Source: Octopus sinensis (Eukaryota). From it: a stretch of DNA of 64,000 nucleotides. Where the stretch lies: the NCBI RefSeq assembly GCF_006345805.1, contig NC_043016.1, positions 2,480,001 through 2,544,000 of the forward strand, given 5' to 3'. The notes under the pieces were generated by a model. The model was not told the DNA's origin. It did not search any database and worked only from the letters and a program-made list of their open reading frames with translations. A program made the translations under genes and the position numbers. Of the stretch, positions 40,896 to 55,339 are shown one piece after another. The first letter of the stretch is position 1. Every line of letters begins with the position of its first letter.

Positions 40896-41192
40896 AAAGG
40901 AAATGAAGAAAATGCTGACAAAATAATTTCAGTAAGGGAGAGTGTATTTAATTAGGTGAAAGTTCTTTTTTACCGGTTGCGAGAGATAGAGTTCTTTCTG
41001 ACAGATTTTTTTCTCTTATCTGGTAATCCTACAGATAAGAGAAAAAATCTATCAGAAAGGAACTCTATCTCTCTTAAAAAATATCTTTTGATAAGCATAA
41101 CAAATGCGCAACCGGTAAAAAAGAACTTTCACCTAATTAAATACACTCTCCCTTACTGAAATTATTTTGTCAGCATTTTCTTCATTTCCTTT
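40896..41192. repeat. Long palindrome with perfect 86-bp outer arms
   Basis: 40896-40981 is the exact reverse complement of 41107-41192; inner 41-nt arms 40982-41022 / 41032-41072. Confidence 0.95.
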
Positions 41193-41952
41193 ATATATAT
41201 ATATATATATATATTAAATTCAAATTACGCTGAAAGTAAACAAACAAAATTTGCTTTTAGAAGCCTTGCGATATCTAGAAAGTTAAGGAAGTAATTTTTT
41301 ATCCTCAAACGCAGGATAATGCTAATAAAATAGCATGAACAGGATAAACTACCCATATTTTGCAGAAAAATGTGTCGACGGCCAGCCATGAGACTCCAAC
41401 TCACACTCCCGTGATTACGCTAAACTACCCCAACAACAAAATCTTCTTCAAATTTATGATATATAAATCTCGTTTTATGAGACGCTATCGTACGTTATAT
41501 TCAAATTACGATGAAAGTAAACAAACATGCTATGTTATTTAATATTTTTCAATATATTTTAAAATTTCTTTTTAACAACACTCTTAATCTGTATGTAAAA
41601 CAACCTGTTCAATATATATCTTTTAAGATGCTAATATATTTTTATACATCATTATAGTTTTTCTACCCATATATGTCTATTATATTTGTATATATTGATG
41701 TATCTGTAAATTTAAAATATATTAAAAAAATATTTCAATGAGTGATGCATTAAATATATTTTAATAATTTGCAAACACCAGTTTTATGGCTGAGTATACG
41801 TTGTACTATTATTCAAAATTGTTGAACCTACCGGAATTCTCCTTATATATATATTATTACATTATTATATTATTATTTTTATTTATTATTATTATTATTA
41901 TATTATTATTATTATTATTATTATTATTTTATTTTATTTATTATTATTATTA

Positions 41953-41999
<47 letters not shown>

Positions 42000-42027
42000 G
42001 TGTTATTATTATTATTATTATATTTAT

Positions 42028-42136
<109 letters not shown>

Positions 42137-42165
42137 GTGTTATTATTATTATTATTATTATTTAT

Positions 42166-42236
<71 letters not shown>

Positions 42237-43403
42237 TATTATTATTATTATATATATATGTATTTATGTATGTATGTATGTTTGTATGTATGTATGGATG
42301 TATGTATGTATGTATGTATGTATGTATGTATGTATGTATGTATGTATGTATGTATGTATGTATGTATGGATGTATGTATGTATGTATGTATGTATGTATG
42401 CATGCATGCATGTATGTATGTATGTATGTATGCATGTATGTATGTATGTGTGTATGAATGTGTGTATGTATGGTGATGCAAATAGGAAAAACAAACCTTA
42501 AATTATGAATATGTTCTTTTACTTGTTTCAGTCATTTGGTATATTTTTTATTAACCTTTAGCAGAAGCAACAGAGTGACTCAGAGTCCGAGAGCCTCTTG
42601 CGTTGGCACTTATCAAACTAATTGAAGATATTAACGAAGAATGCTGATATTCTCCTTATTTTACTGCAAACAGATGAAAACTTTTCATAGGCCACTTCCC
42701 TATATTATCAAGTGGTCCTTTATATTTTCTCATGGTGTTATTTTCAAACCATTTTCCCTCCTAGAGATATTTTAGCAGTCAGCGACCGACAGGAACCCAG
42801 TGATACAAGAGATGATAACTATTTCTATTGCGCTTTATATATAGATCAATTTCTAGGGAGTGGGCTTTATTTTCAATGTTTTCATTGCATTTATTACGTT
42901 TTGTGGCCATCAAGCTCTAATAGACTTTTTGAAGCACCACTTGAAGTGGAATGGTAAAGTTGGAGTGAAACTTAATCGAATATTTTATGTAAAGTAGATA
43001 ACAGGGATGAAATTAGCCGAGTTACAAGGACCTACACTGATTAGGCAGCTACAGCTGGGCAGCACAAACTTGGTAGAGATGAACATGCATTTGTTGTTTT
43101 ACAGTAACGACCAATGTTTATGCACGAACTGCTCCGAATCACTTTATATACACGTTTCCCGCTTCCACAGTTTTTAAAATTCTTACTGTTATCCTGGTAT
43201 TGCAAGAGGCGGTATCATTGCAAAAGGTTATCCGAGGCGTAATTGTCGCTAGTTCAATATTCTTCTTCTTCTTCTTCTTCTTCTTCTTCTTCTTCTTCTT
43301 CTTCTTCTTCTTCTTCTTCTTCTTCCCCTCCTCCTCCTCCTCCTCCTTCTTCTTCTTCTTCTTCCCCTCCTCCTCCTCCTTCTTCTTCTTCTTCTTCTAC
43401 TTC

Positions 43404-45170
<1,767 letters not shown>

Positions 45171-45622
45171 TTTTGCAATAAAAAGTATGTTTACATTTAT
45201 ATTTGAATATTCAGGAAGGAAGGAAAGAAAAGTCAAATTTTCATAGAAAGTTTTAAGATTCACGAAAGATAGTCTTTTGTAAATCCACTCAAAGAAAAGC
45301 TTGATGTCTTTAGAAAGAAGAAAAAAAAAAGGGATACTTACAGAGGGAACGATGAGTATTCAATGCAATTGTGGATATTAAAGTTTTTAAAGCTGATCGT
45401 GTGTGTTTGAAAATTGTAGATATGCAAATTTGTAAATTTCTTAACTTATTTTGAGGGAATTTTAAATACTCACAGGATATTATAGATATTCCAGTCTTTG
45501 AGAGCTATTTTCCCCCCGTTGTCCCAGTGGGTCATATTAGTGTTTCTATGGCTTTCGGCTACTGAATGGTCAGATCAGCGAGGAACACGTCCAGCCGCTG
45601 TCAAGGCTGGTGCTCCTCCTTC

Positions 45623-46312
<690 letters not shown>

Positions 46313-46321
46313 AATCATCAT

Positions 46322-46354
<33 letters not shown>

Positions 46355-46456
46355 AATCATCATCATCATCATCATCATCATATATTATTATATTATTATT
46401 ATATTATTATATTATTATTATTATTATTATATTATTATCATCATATCATTATCATT

Positions 46457-46531
<75 letters not shown>

Positions 46532-46539
46532 ATTATTAT

Positions 46540-47350
46540 AATTAGGAAAGAATCTCGGATAGTTCTTGATTACCGGTTGTTCTTTACTTGAAAGCAGGCA
46601 TTACCAAATCACCAAATGTTTCCAGTAGTGACTCAAAGAGACAATATTCCCCTTAGAATGCGAGCTGTACACAACAATTCTGTCTTCTGGATTACTTCCA
46701 GCCTGACATCAGCTTCAATATTCTTAATATATTTTTCAAAGACCTTGGAAACCGCTCCCAATGCTCCAATTACCACTGGTATCACCATTACTTTCCTTAT
46801 GCCCCATAACTTGCCCCTCTCGTCTGTTTCCTTACATTTCACCCTCGAATTGCCTGGTATTGCAACATATATCATCTTTGCTTCTTATAAATCTTTATGG
46901 ATGATCACGATATCTGGGCGTCTCGCCTCTATGACTTGGTCGCACTGTATGTCAAAATCCCAGAATATTTTGTAATGTTCATTTTCGATAACCCCACCTG
47001 GCTTGTGCTCATACCATTATTCGGCTCTCTCGAGGTTAGCTTTACCGCACAACGGCCAGTGGATAAATCTGGCCACATTGTCGTGTCTCCCTTTGTATTC
47101 GCTAACAATATGGCTTATACTTTCTCCCTTCTCAGAGCACATCCTACACTGTGGCGAGTCAGTGCTTTCATCAATGTGATATTTGGATTAGTTTGTTCTG
47201 AGAGCTTGTTCTTTAACGCTGCACACTAATGCCTCAGTAGACCCCTTTAAGTCTCCTTTCTGCAGTCATTGCCAGGTTCTATTCCAATCAATCTCATCTT
47301 TATTCTCCAAGAACTGACTGTGCATTTTCTTGTCCACCCAAATTTTCCTC
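46540..47350 (-). mobile_element. R4/Dong-type RLE 3' fragment (distinct subfamily)
   Basis: CRMCSEKGESISHIVSE, RHDNVARFIHW, WDFDIQCDQVIEARRPDIV, VIPVVIGALGAVSK..TARILRGIL. Confidence 0.88.
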
Positions 47351-47363
47351 ATCTGCTCTAGCG

Positions 47364-47575
47364 AACTAGCAGAATCGTTAGCACGCGGGGTGAAATGCTT
47401 AGTGGTAGGTCGTCTGTCACTACACTCTGAGTTCAAATTTCGTCGAGGTCGATTTTGCTTGTCATCTTGTCGGGATCGATAAATTAATTACCAGTTGAGT
47501 ACTGGGGTCGTTGAGATCGACTTGGCTCCACCCCACAAAATCCAGGCCTTATGCCTATAGTAGAAATGATTATTA
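47364..47575 (+). mobile_element. Family B SINE
   Basis: Matches the family B consensus. Confidence 0.82.
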
Positions 47576-47719
47576 TTATCATTATTATTTTTGTTGTTGT
47601 TGTCGTTGTTGCTATTATTGTTGCTCGTCTATCGACACGTGCTGCATGTCGCTCTCGTAATTTGTTCTCATTTATATTGTTACACATTGATATACATTGT
47701 ATATTAGTTATCTTTACAT

Positions 47720-50700
47720 AGATACACTAACCATGACCTTACGGAGCTGGTTTGTTCTCCTCCATTACAGGCTAATTTGGTGTTTGTTCAGGCTAAAACG
47801 CCCTTCGATTTTTTGCCCAAATAAAGATGGCGAACAAGAAACGTCCATCCACTGCAAAGAACAGCCAGTCATCCGCAAAATAGAACAGCCAAGTCGTAAA
47901 ATACAGTGGCGGTTTTTGCAGCAAAAGCAATGTCAACAACATCAACAGCACCAATAGTGCACGTGAATTTTATGAAAGTAACTTTCCGTTGCTTCCGGCA
48001 TCACCTTCACCATCGCATGAACAAAAGAAAGAAATGATAACAAAAAGCAATGACACAAGAGAGAACACTACCACCTCCACCACAACTCTAGTGGTAACAG
48101 CAAACCTACCAACATCAATCATTAACAGAAAAAAACAACAAAGAAAACAAACGAATTAAATCCACTCTCACCGATTTCGCGCATCAGTGACAAGGCAAGT
48201 ATGCGAAGACATTTTTATCAAGGAAAATGAATTCAAAAGTGCAAAATGTATGTTGGAGAAGTGTGGGAGAAATATGACACTAAATATTTCTAGATCTGTG
48301 CAGCAAGAAACTAATTTGCAGAGAGTTCTATATAAACAATGAAAGCAAGAAGTAGAAAAGAAAAGCAGGCAACACACTAGCAAATTGAAATAAACGACCG
48401 GTTTGGATTAGCAAAAGTTATATAGCCAGAAGCAAAAATATGGGACAATCGAAGTGAAATTCGCCTCAGATGTGGAGGCCAAAAATCACCCGGCAGCCAC
48501 CATGACGAGTGACGAACTCACCGTCATCCCCATCTCTTAGCCGAAGGATATTCAAAGCAACAATACTAGATAAACCATCAGAAATAAACATCCGCTGGTT
48601 GGTGGCTGAGGATCTCTTCGCCATAGAGGATAAAACCACTATTCTGCGGATAGAGGGAATCCAGAAGCAGAGCCTGATAGGACAGGGTATGCAACTACTA
48701 TATCAGGCAGATTAGCAAGCGTCGAGGTCATCCCGGACTTCATAAGCTTACCTTGATAAACTTCATGTGGCTGTTGAGGAAAGAAAGACGGGATGCCACG
48801 GGGAACACAACTTTCTACCCACAACAAAAGCGAGCAAGACTCCTCCTACCACCACAATTACAACAGCAACAGCACCAACAGAGGCAGGTGACCACTACAA
48901 CTGCAAATACAACAGCAACAGTTGTACAAATACCAATCACAGCAGTTCCAACAGCAACAACAGTGGAAGCGACAGCAGCAAACAGAAGAGAAAACTCACC
49001 AACATCAATGGCTTCCACATATCAGAGAGTAACAAAGACAACAAAAATTTTATCAGCAGAATAACACCTGTCTTCACAAGACATGAGGCTGCCCTGTTTA
49101 GATAAGTCAGATATGTCTTGTAATGAGGGGAGAAGTGAAGAGCCTAAATGGCAAAAAGTCGGCAGATCAAACAAAAGTAAAAGGAACAAAAACACACAAA
49201 CATCAACAGAAAATCTGGTAGGTATGATCAGAAAAGGGAGACGCCTTTGAGAACAAATACACAACGAACCATCACCAACAGCAGCCATACGATAATAACA
49301 TCATCCTCATCACTACCATGACCACCACCACAAATGGCAGTCCGAAAGCAAGTTGGACTTCAGTACCTACGTCAGCGGCATGCCACGACTCTCGGGAATG
49401 CGGATGGAGCGTTGCGAAATGCCGAAAACAGCCGAGAAAATACGGGATGTAACAAGTTCCATTGGGGCAAATCGTCTGGTTTGGATGGTCTACCTGTTGA
49501 AAAATACCTTAGGAATGAGAACCCAGGTTCCAAATTTCCCCAAGACACCTGATGAAGGCTGGAAGGTATATCAGCCGAAACGTTGTGTTAACAACAAACA
49601 AGATGAGGACAAATATCTGTAAAATGTAAATAATGCACATAATTCCTCATCTCTTAAATATAGAACTATATTATCTACTCTCGAGTTTTGTAGAGAGCTA
49701 GAAGAGGGAAAGAGTGATGACGCACTCGGAGATATGCGAGGTGTTGACGATGTCGGACCGACCAGTCTGTTCCGGAGGACTTTCGAGCCGGGGACGATGG
49801 ATAACTTCCAGAAATCCCTAGCTTGGCAGTGCTACCGGCTGGCACTGCCAGATCAAAATAGACTTTACATGCACGGAAGTGCTGTCAGACGGACCTAAAC
49901 GAGTTGTGCGCAGAGATGAAACCGTTCTGCACGCATTACAGACATATGGAGTTATGAACAGCTGCTATCAAGTGTAGGACGGATCCGGCTATCGGCCGAG
50001 TCCATAGTGAAGATTGATCCGCCGCCTTCCAGGGCAGTCAATTTTCCTCTGTCTGATAGCAGTAGCGAGAGAGGTTATATAGTGGACCAGGTCCATAACT
50101 CTGCTAAACACAGAGTTTAAGATTTTAGCCAATTTATCGATAATTAGGTTGGCGCTTGTCATCAAGGACTTTGTTGGGGAGGCGCAAACCTGCGCAATCA
50201 CGACTAGGTCCATACATGATAAACTCCCCCCTCGTGCGATACATCTGCGAAAGGGTAGGGTGTAAACCTGGTTTCTGTGGGGTGCTGATAAATTTAGATC
50301 AATCGAAAGCATTTGATAGGGTCGACCAACGATATCTTAGAGGCTGTTCTCAAAGCGACTGGCTTCGGCCCCGTCTTCAGAGGTCGCTGCAATGCACAGC
50401 GGCATATGCTCGGTAGTCAAACTTAATGGCCACCTCTCAGAACCGTTTCAGATCTGCCGATCGGTCCATCAAGGGTCACCTCTCTCCCTCCCTTCTGTAC
50501 GTATTGACTCTTGAGCATTCGCTGCAGGGGTATCCCGCTCGAAACGAGACGCGGGAGAGGTGTAACGGCGTATGCGGAGGACATTACCGTGATGGTATCG
50601 GACACCTCATAAATCGAGGTGGTCGACACATCATTGGAGATATATGAAAAGTTGACGTGTGCAAAACGTAACCCGGAAAGTCGGTGGGCTTGCAGCTTGG

Positions 50701-52158
50701 CACCCGGAGTGCGTCGAAATGCATCGTTGAGCGCTGGACGGACGGACCGGCAAAGTTGCCTGGGCTTTGGTTCCGACTAGACTTCCTGGTGGATAAGAAG
50801 TGGGACGAGGTGACGGACAGGGTAGCCAGTCTCACCCGAATGTGCGTTGGGAGGATGCTGTCACTGAAAGGTTGAGCGGAGGTGGCGAATGTGTACATCG
50901 CGACCGTCATCTACTACCGCTTGACCGTCGTGTCTTGCCCCCGATCGCACCTCGCCAAGGTAGAATACATTCTCTTCAAATTTCTGTGGAAGGGACAGGT
51001 TCCATTGGTTCACCTGCTACCAACACCTACGCAGAAGGCTGGGCCGGTTTGGTTAATGATGCGCAGAAATACGCTGTTGCTGCGGAATCTCCAGATATTC
51101 TGCCTCAACGGTGGACAGGTGTGGTTGCCGTTTGTCAAACAGACCTTTCCACAGCTCGTTTCCTTGACTAGGTTGCAGTCCTAGGTCAAGAAGAAACCGA
51201 AGCGGGTATCTGGAATTCCAGACTGGCATCTGGAATGTTGTCAGGCACTCACTGCCCTCTACCAGACGGGCAATGCGATCAATGGAACATCCACTCTTGA
51301 GTTCTAGAGAGGGTTAGTGGAAGGAAAGAGCGATGACGCACTTGAAGAGATGCCAGATGTTGACGAAGACGAACCGACCAGTCTGTCCAGGAGGACTTTC
51401 GAGCCGGGGACGATGGATAACTTATAGAAATCCCTAGCTTGGCAGTGCTACCGGGTGGTAGTACCGGTTCGAGATAAACTCTATAGACACGAGATGCCCG
51501 CAGAGTGACGAAACCGTTCTGCACGCACTCGTCCAGTGTCCTTGCATTATTGACATATGGAGCTATGTTGAATAGCTGTTATCACGTATAGTACGGATCC
51601 GGCTATCGGCCGAGTCCATAGTGAAGACCGATCCGTCGCCTTCCATTGGTCCGGAAGGGTAGTCAATTTTCCTCTGTCTGATAGCAGTAGCGAAAGAGGT
51701 TGTATGGTAGACCAGTTTAAAAGGACTGAAGATAGGCACTTTTATGTTCGGCCATAACTCATCAAATTTCATTTGGAAAGGAATATGAGGATAGAGAGAG
51801 AAGTGGTGCTCCCCATTACATTTGCTTAAAGGAGAGTGAATGTGGAGAAAATGGCTCGTGTGAATGGGCCTACTCTAATAATGCGCCTGTAGAGTCTAGT
51901 GAATTTGAGAGGAAGAAGGGTGTTCTTCCCCAGACGCCCTCGAAGTGTCGAGTGGTTCAGGGTTGGTGGGGATACCTGAGCCAACTCAAGGTAGTTACCC
52001 CTTCTCCACATTATTCAGGAACTGTAATTTTTATATTATTTTGTTGGATATCATTGTTATTCTTTTATGTACGAGTTGTTTCTGTGTAAAATTCCCACTG
52101 TCCATGTCTACGGTATCGTCCTCTAAATGTCGTTCCTGGTGGCCAATAAATGAAAAAT
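47720..52158 (+). mobile_element. Tx1/L1-clade LINE copy 1, rearranged and degenerate
   Basis: ORF1-like start MANKKRP near 47827; RT motifs GKSSGLDGLP, SITLLNTEFKILA, LINLDQSKAFDRVD, QGSPLS and YA.DIT; C-terminal ETVLHAL; 3' end ggtggccaataaa. Confidence 0.85.
49544..49589 (+). ncRNA. Minimal type I hammerhead ribozyme in a Penelope pLTR-like insert (49510-49672)
   Basis: gacac-CTGATGA-a-ggctg gaaggtatat cagcc-GAAA-cg-TT-gtgtt: intact core, 5-bp stems I and II, palindromic ACGU stem III. Confidence 0.8.
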
Positions 52159-52227
52159 TAATAATAATGATAATAATAATAATGATAATAACAACAACAA
52201 CAACAACAACGACGACGACGATGATGA

Positions 52228-52261
<34 letters not shown>

Positions 52262-52293
52262 GGTGGTGGTGATGGTGATGGTGATGGTGATGG

Positions 52294-52348
<55 letters not shown>

Positions 52349-52389
52349 AGTGGTGGTGGTGGTGGTGGTGGTGGTGGTGATGGTGATGG

Positions 52390-52423
<34 letters not shown>

Positions 52424-52979
52424 AATGCCCTAATGCAGTACCAGACAGTGGCTCTCATGGCTTCTGATCTTAACTGATTGGAAGTGTTATCATGTACATT
52501 GTTTTGTCTTGGTATAAAAGATGGGCTACGGCAAATATTCTGCTCAATACCACAGATTTGCTTCTCGGTTGTTTGACCTTAACCAGTTGAGCATGTCCCT
52601 TAGTTGCTGACGATATGTGCATCTCTGATCACAAGCAGAAGTAGTCGGGGAGCATCATAGCCATGTGTTGAGAGGGATTCTTTGGGGTTTGAATAGTTCA
52701 ACTCTGGAAACATGGGTGTTTCGTTCAACATCCTTAAACAATCTTTATTCAGGGACCTTTCGAGTGGGATGGGTTACTCGACCAGAAGAAAATTCTAACT
52801 TGGCCTCACCTGCAAGGTCATGCGCTGTTTATCTTGATATGAGATCACCATGTCGCGCACATATGGTTGTGATGTATGTGCCTGGTGTACCCTAATCAGA
52901 CGAGTAGTCATGATGGGTATATTGGTCTTCGTATATTTTACCCCAGTGTCACTTTGATGGCATGCACTGCTCTCTCACT
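52424..52979 (+). mobile_element. Family C retroposon, copy 4 (longest)
   Basis: aatgccctaatgcagtaccagacagtggctctc ... gcactgctctctcact then (AAT)n. Confidence 0.88.
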
Positions 52980-52981
52980 GT

Positions 52982-53050
<69 letters not shown>

Positions 53051-53051
53051 C

Positions 53052-53104
<53 letters not shown>

Positions 53105-53105
53105 T

Positions 53106-53331
53106 TTCTTTACTACCCACAAGGGGCGAAACACAGAGGGGACAAACAAAGACAGACAAAGGGATTAAGTCGATGATATCGACCCAGTGCGAAACTGGAA
53201 CTTAATTAATCGACCCCGAAAGGATGAAAGGCAAAGTCGACCTCGGTGGAATTTGAACTCAGAACGTAACGACAGACGAAATACCACTAAGCGTTACGCC
53301 CGACGCGCTAACGTTTCTGCCAGCTACCGCC
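53106..53331 (-). mobile_element. Family B SINE
   Basis: Reverse complement of the 63150-63380 variant. Confidence 0.85.
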
Positions 53332-53421
53332 AATAATAATAATAATACTTATTTTATTATTGCTGTTGTTGTTGTTATTATTATTGTTATTATCATTATT
53401 ATAATTATATTATTATTATTA

Positions 53422-53469
<48 letters not shown>

Positions 53470-54272
53470 TATTATTATTATTATTATCATTAATATTATT
53501 ATCATTATTATATTATATTATTATTATTATCATTATTATCATCATTATTATTATAATCGTTATTATCATTATTATAATTATATTATTATTATTTTATTAT
53601 TATTATTATTATTATATTATTATTATTATTATTATTATCATTAATATTATTATCATTATTATCATTATTATAATTATATTATAATTATTATTATTATTAT
53701 CATTATTATTATTATCATTATTATCATTATTATAATTATATTATTATTATTATTATTATCATTATTATCATTATTATCATTATAATTATATTAGTATTAT
53801 TATCATTATTATTATCATTATTATTATTATCATTATTATCATTATTATAATTATATTATTATTATTATTATTATTATTATTAGTATTATTGTTATTATTA
53901 TTATTGTTATTATTATTATTGTTATTATTATTATTGTTATTAGTATTATTAGTATTATTATTATTATCATTATTATCATTATTATAATTATATTATTATT
54001 ATCATTATTATTATCATTATTATAATTATATCATTATTACAATTATTATTATTATCATTATTATTACAATTATATTATTATTACAATTATTAATATTATT
54101 GTTATTATTATTACAATTATTATTATTATTATTATTATTATATTATTATTATTAATATTATTATTATTATTATTATTATTGTTATTATTATATCATTATT
54201 ATAATTATATTATTATTACAATTATTATTATCATTATTATTATTATTACCTTTATTATTATTATTATTATTA

Positions 54273-54319
<47 letters not shown>

Positions 54320-54340
54320 TTATTATTATATTATTATTAT
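53332..54340. repeat. About 1-kb degenerate (TAT)n array
   Basis: Direct reading. Confidence 0.95.
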
Positions 54341-55070
54341 TCAGTAGTTTTATTTTATAGCGTGCTTTCACTTCACTACCGAGCGCAGCTCTGTGTACCT
54401 TGGGTATGTGCTGTGATTTGTTGTGATGCTCTGATGGTTATTGTATGGAAAGTGTTCTGCGTAGGATGTGTGCAGTGCCTAGTAGTGCAATTTTCTGTAT
54501 GTTATATGTGTTTGTAAGTCCTGGTTTTTTTTGTTATGTATTTGTCTGAATATTTTTTTATCATGCCTAATGCACCTACTATGATAGGAATTGTTTCTGT
54601 TTTCAGATTCCACATTCTAGTTACCTCTATTTCCAGGTCTTTGTATTTTGAGAATTTCTCCATTTCTTTTAGAGACACGTTGTCATCAGCCGGTATTGAT
54701 ACATCAATTAGAAAGCATTTTTTCTCTTCATGATCTCTGACAACTATATCTGGTCTGTTGGCCTTAATTTCTCTATCTGTGTGTATCGGCATATCCCAGA
54801 GTATGGTTGCTTTCTCGTTTTCTGTGACCTTTTCTGGTGTGTGCCTATACCATCTTTTTTCTGTTGTTATTCCATAATGTTAGCATAGCTTCCAATGTAT
54901 GTAGGTTCCAACTCTGTCATGTCTGTGAATATATTCCGTCTTAGCCAGGACTGGGCAGCTAGAGATAATATGATTTATTGTTTCTTGTCCATCTCCACAT
55001 ATTCTGCAGTTACTTGTAATATTTCTTTTCATTACATGTTTTTGGTAATTTCTGGTGGGGAGGCTTTGGT
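54341..55070 (-). mobile_element. R4/Dong RLE 3' fragment
   Basis: CRICGDGQETINHIISSCP, RHDRVG, IKANRPDIVVRD..KFSKYKDLEIE, QKIALLGTAHILRRTL*; abuts the TAT array. Confidence 0.92.
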
Positions 55071-55339
55071 CCGTTCGTTTGTTTGTTTGGTTGTTTTAAG
55101 GATATCAAAGTGACAGAATCTTTAGAGCGTCAAGGCTAGAACTTTGTTGTGTCAGGATCTTTACATCCTGAATTCGAATCGCACCCTCATCAACTTCGCT
55201 ATTCATCTTTTCGGTCTCCACCCATGAAGTACCAGTTTGTTAATGTATATTTGTTATAGTATATCTCATTGTTTTATTTAAACTATATTTTCTTTCTTGT
55301 TTTCTCTGGATTTCCCCTTTCTATTGTTGCCTCTAAATA

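Noticed and set aside
52606-52645. CTGACGA...GAA motif inside family C
   Set aside because: No GAAA or credible stem I/III; an HDV-like fold could not be fitted by eye either.
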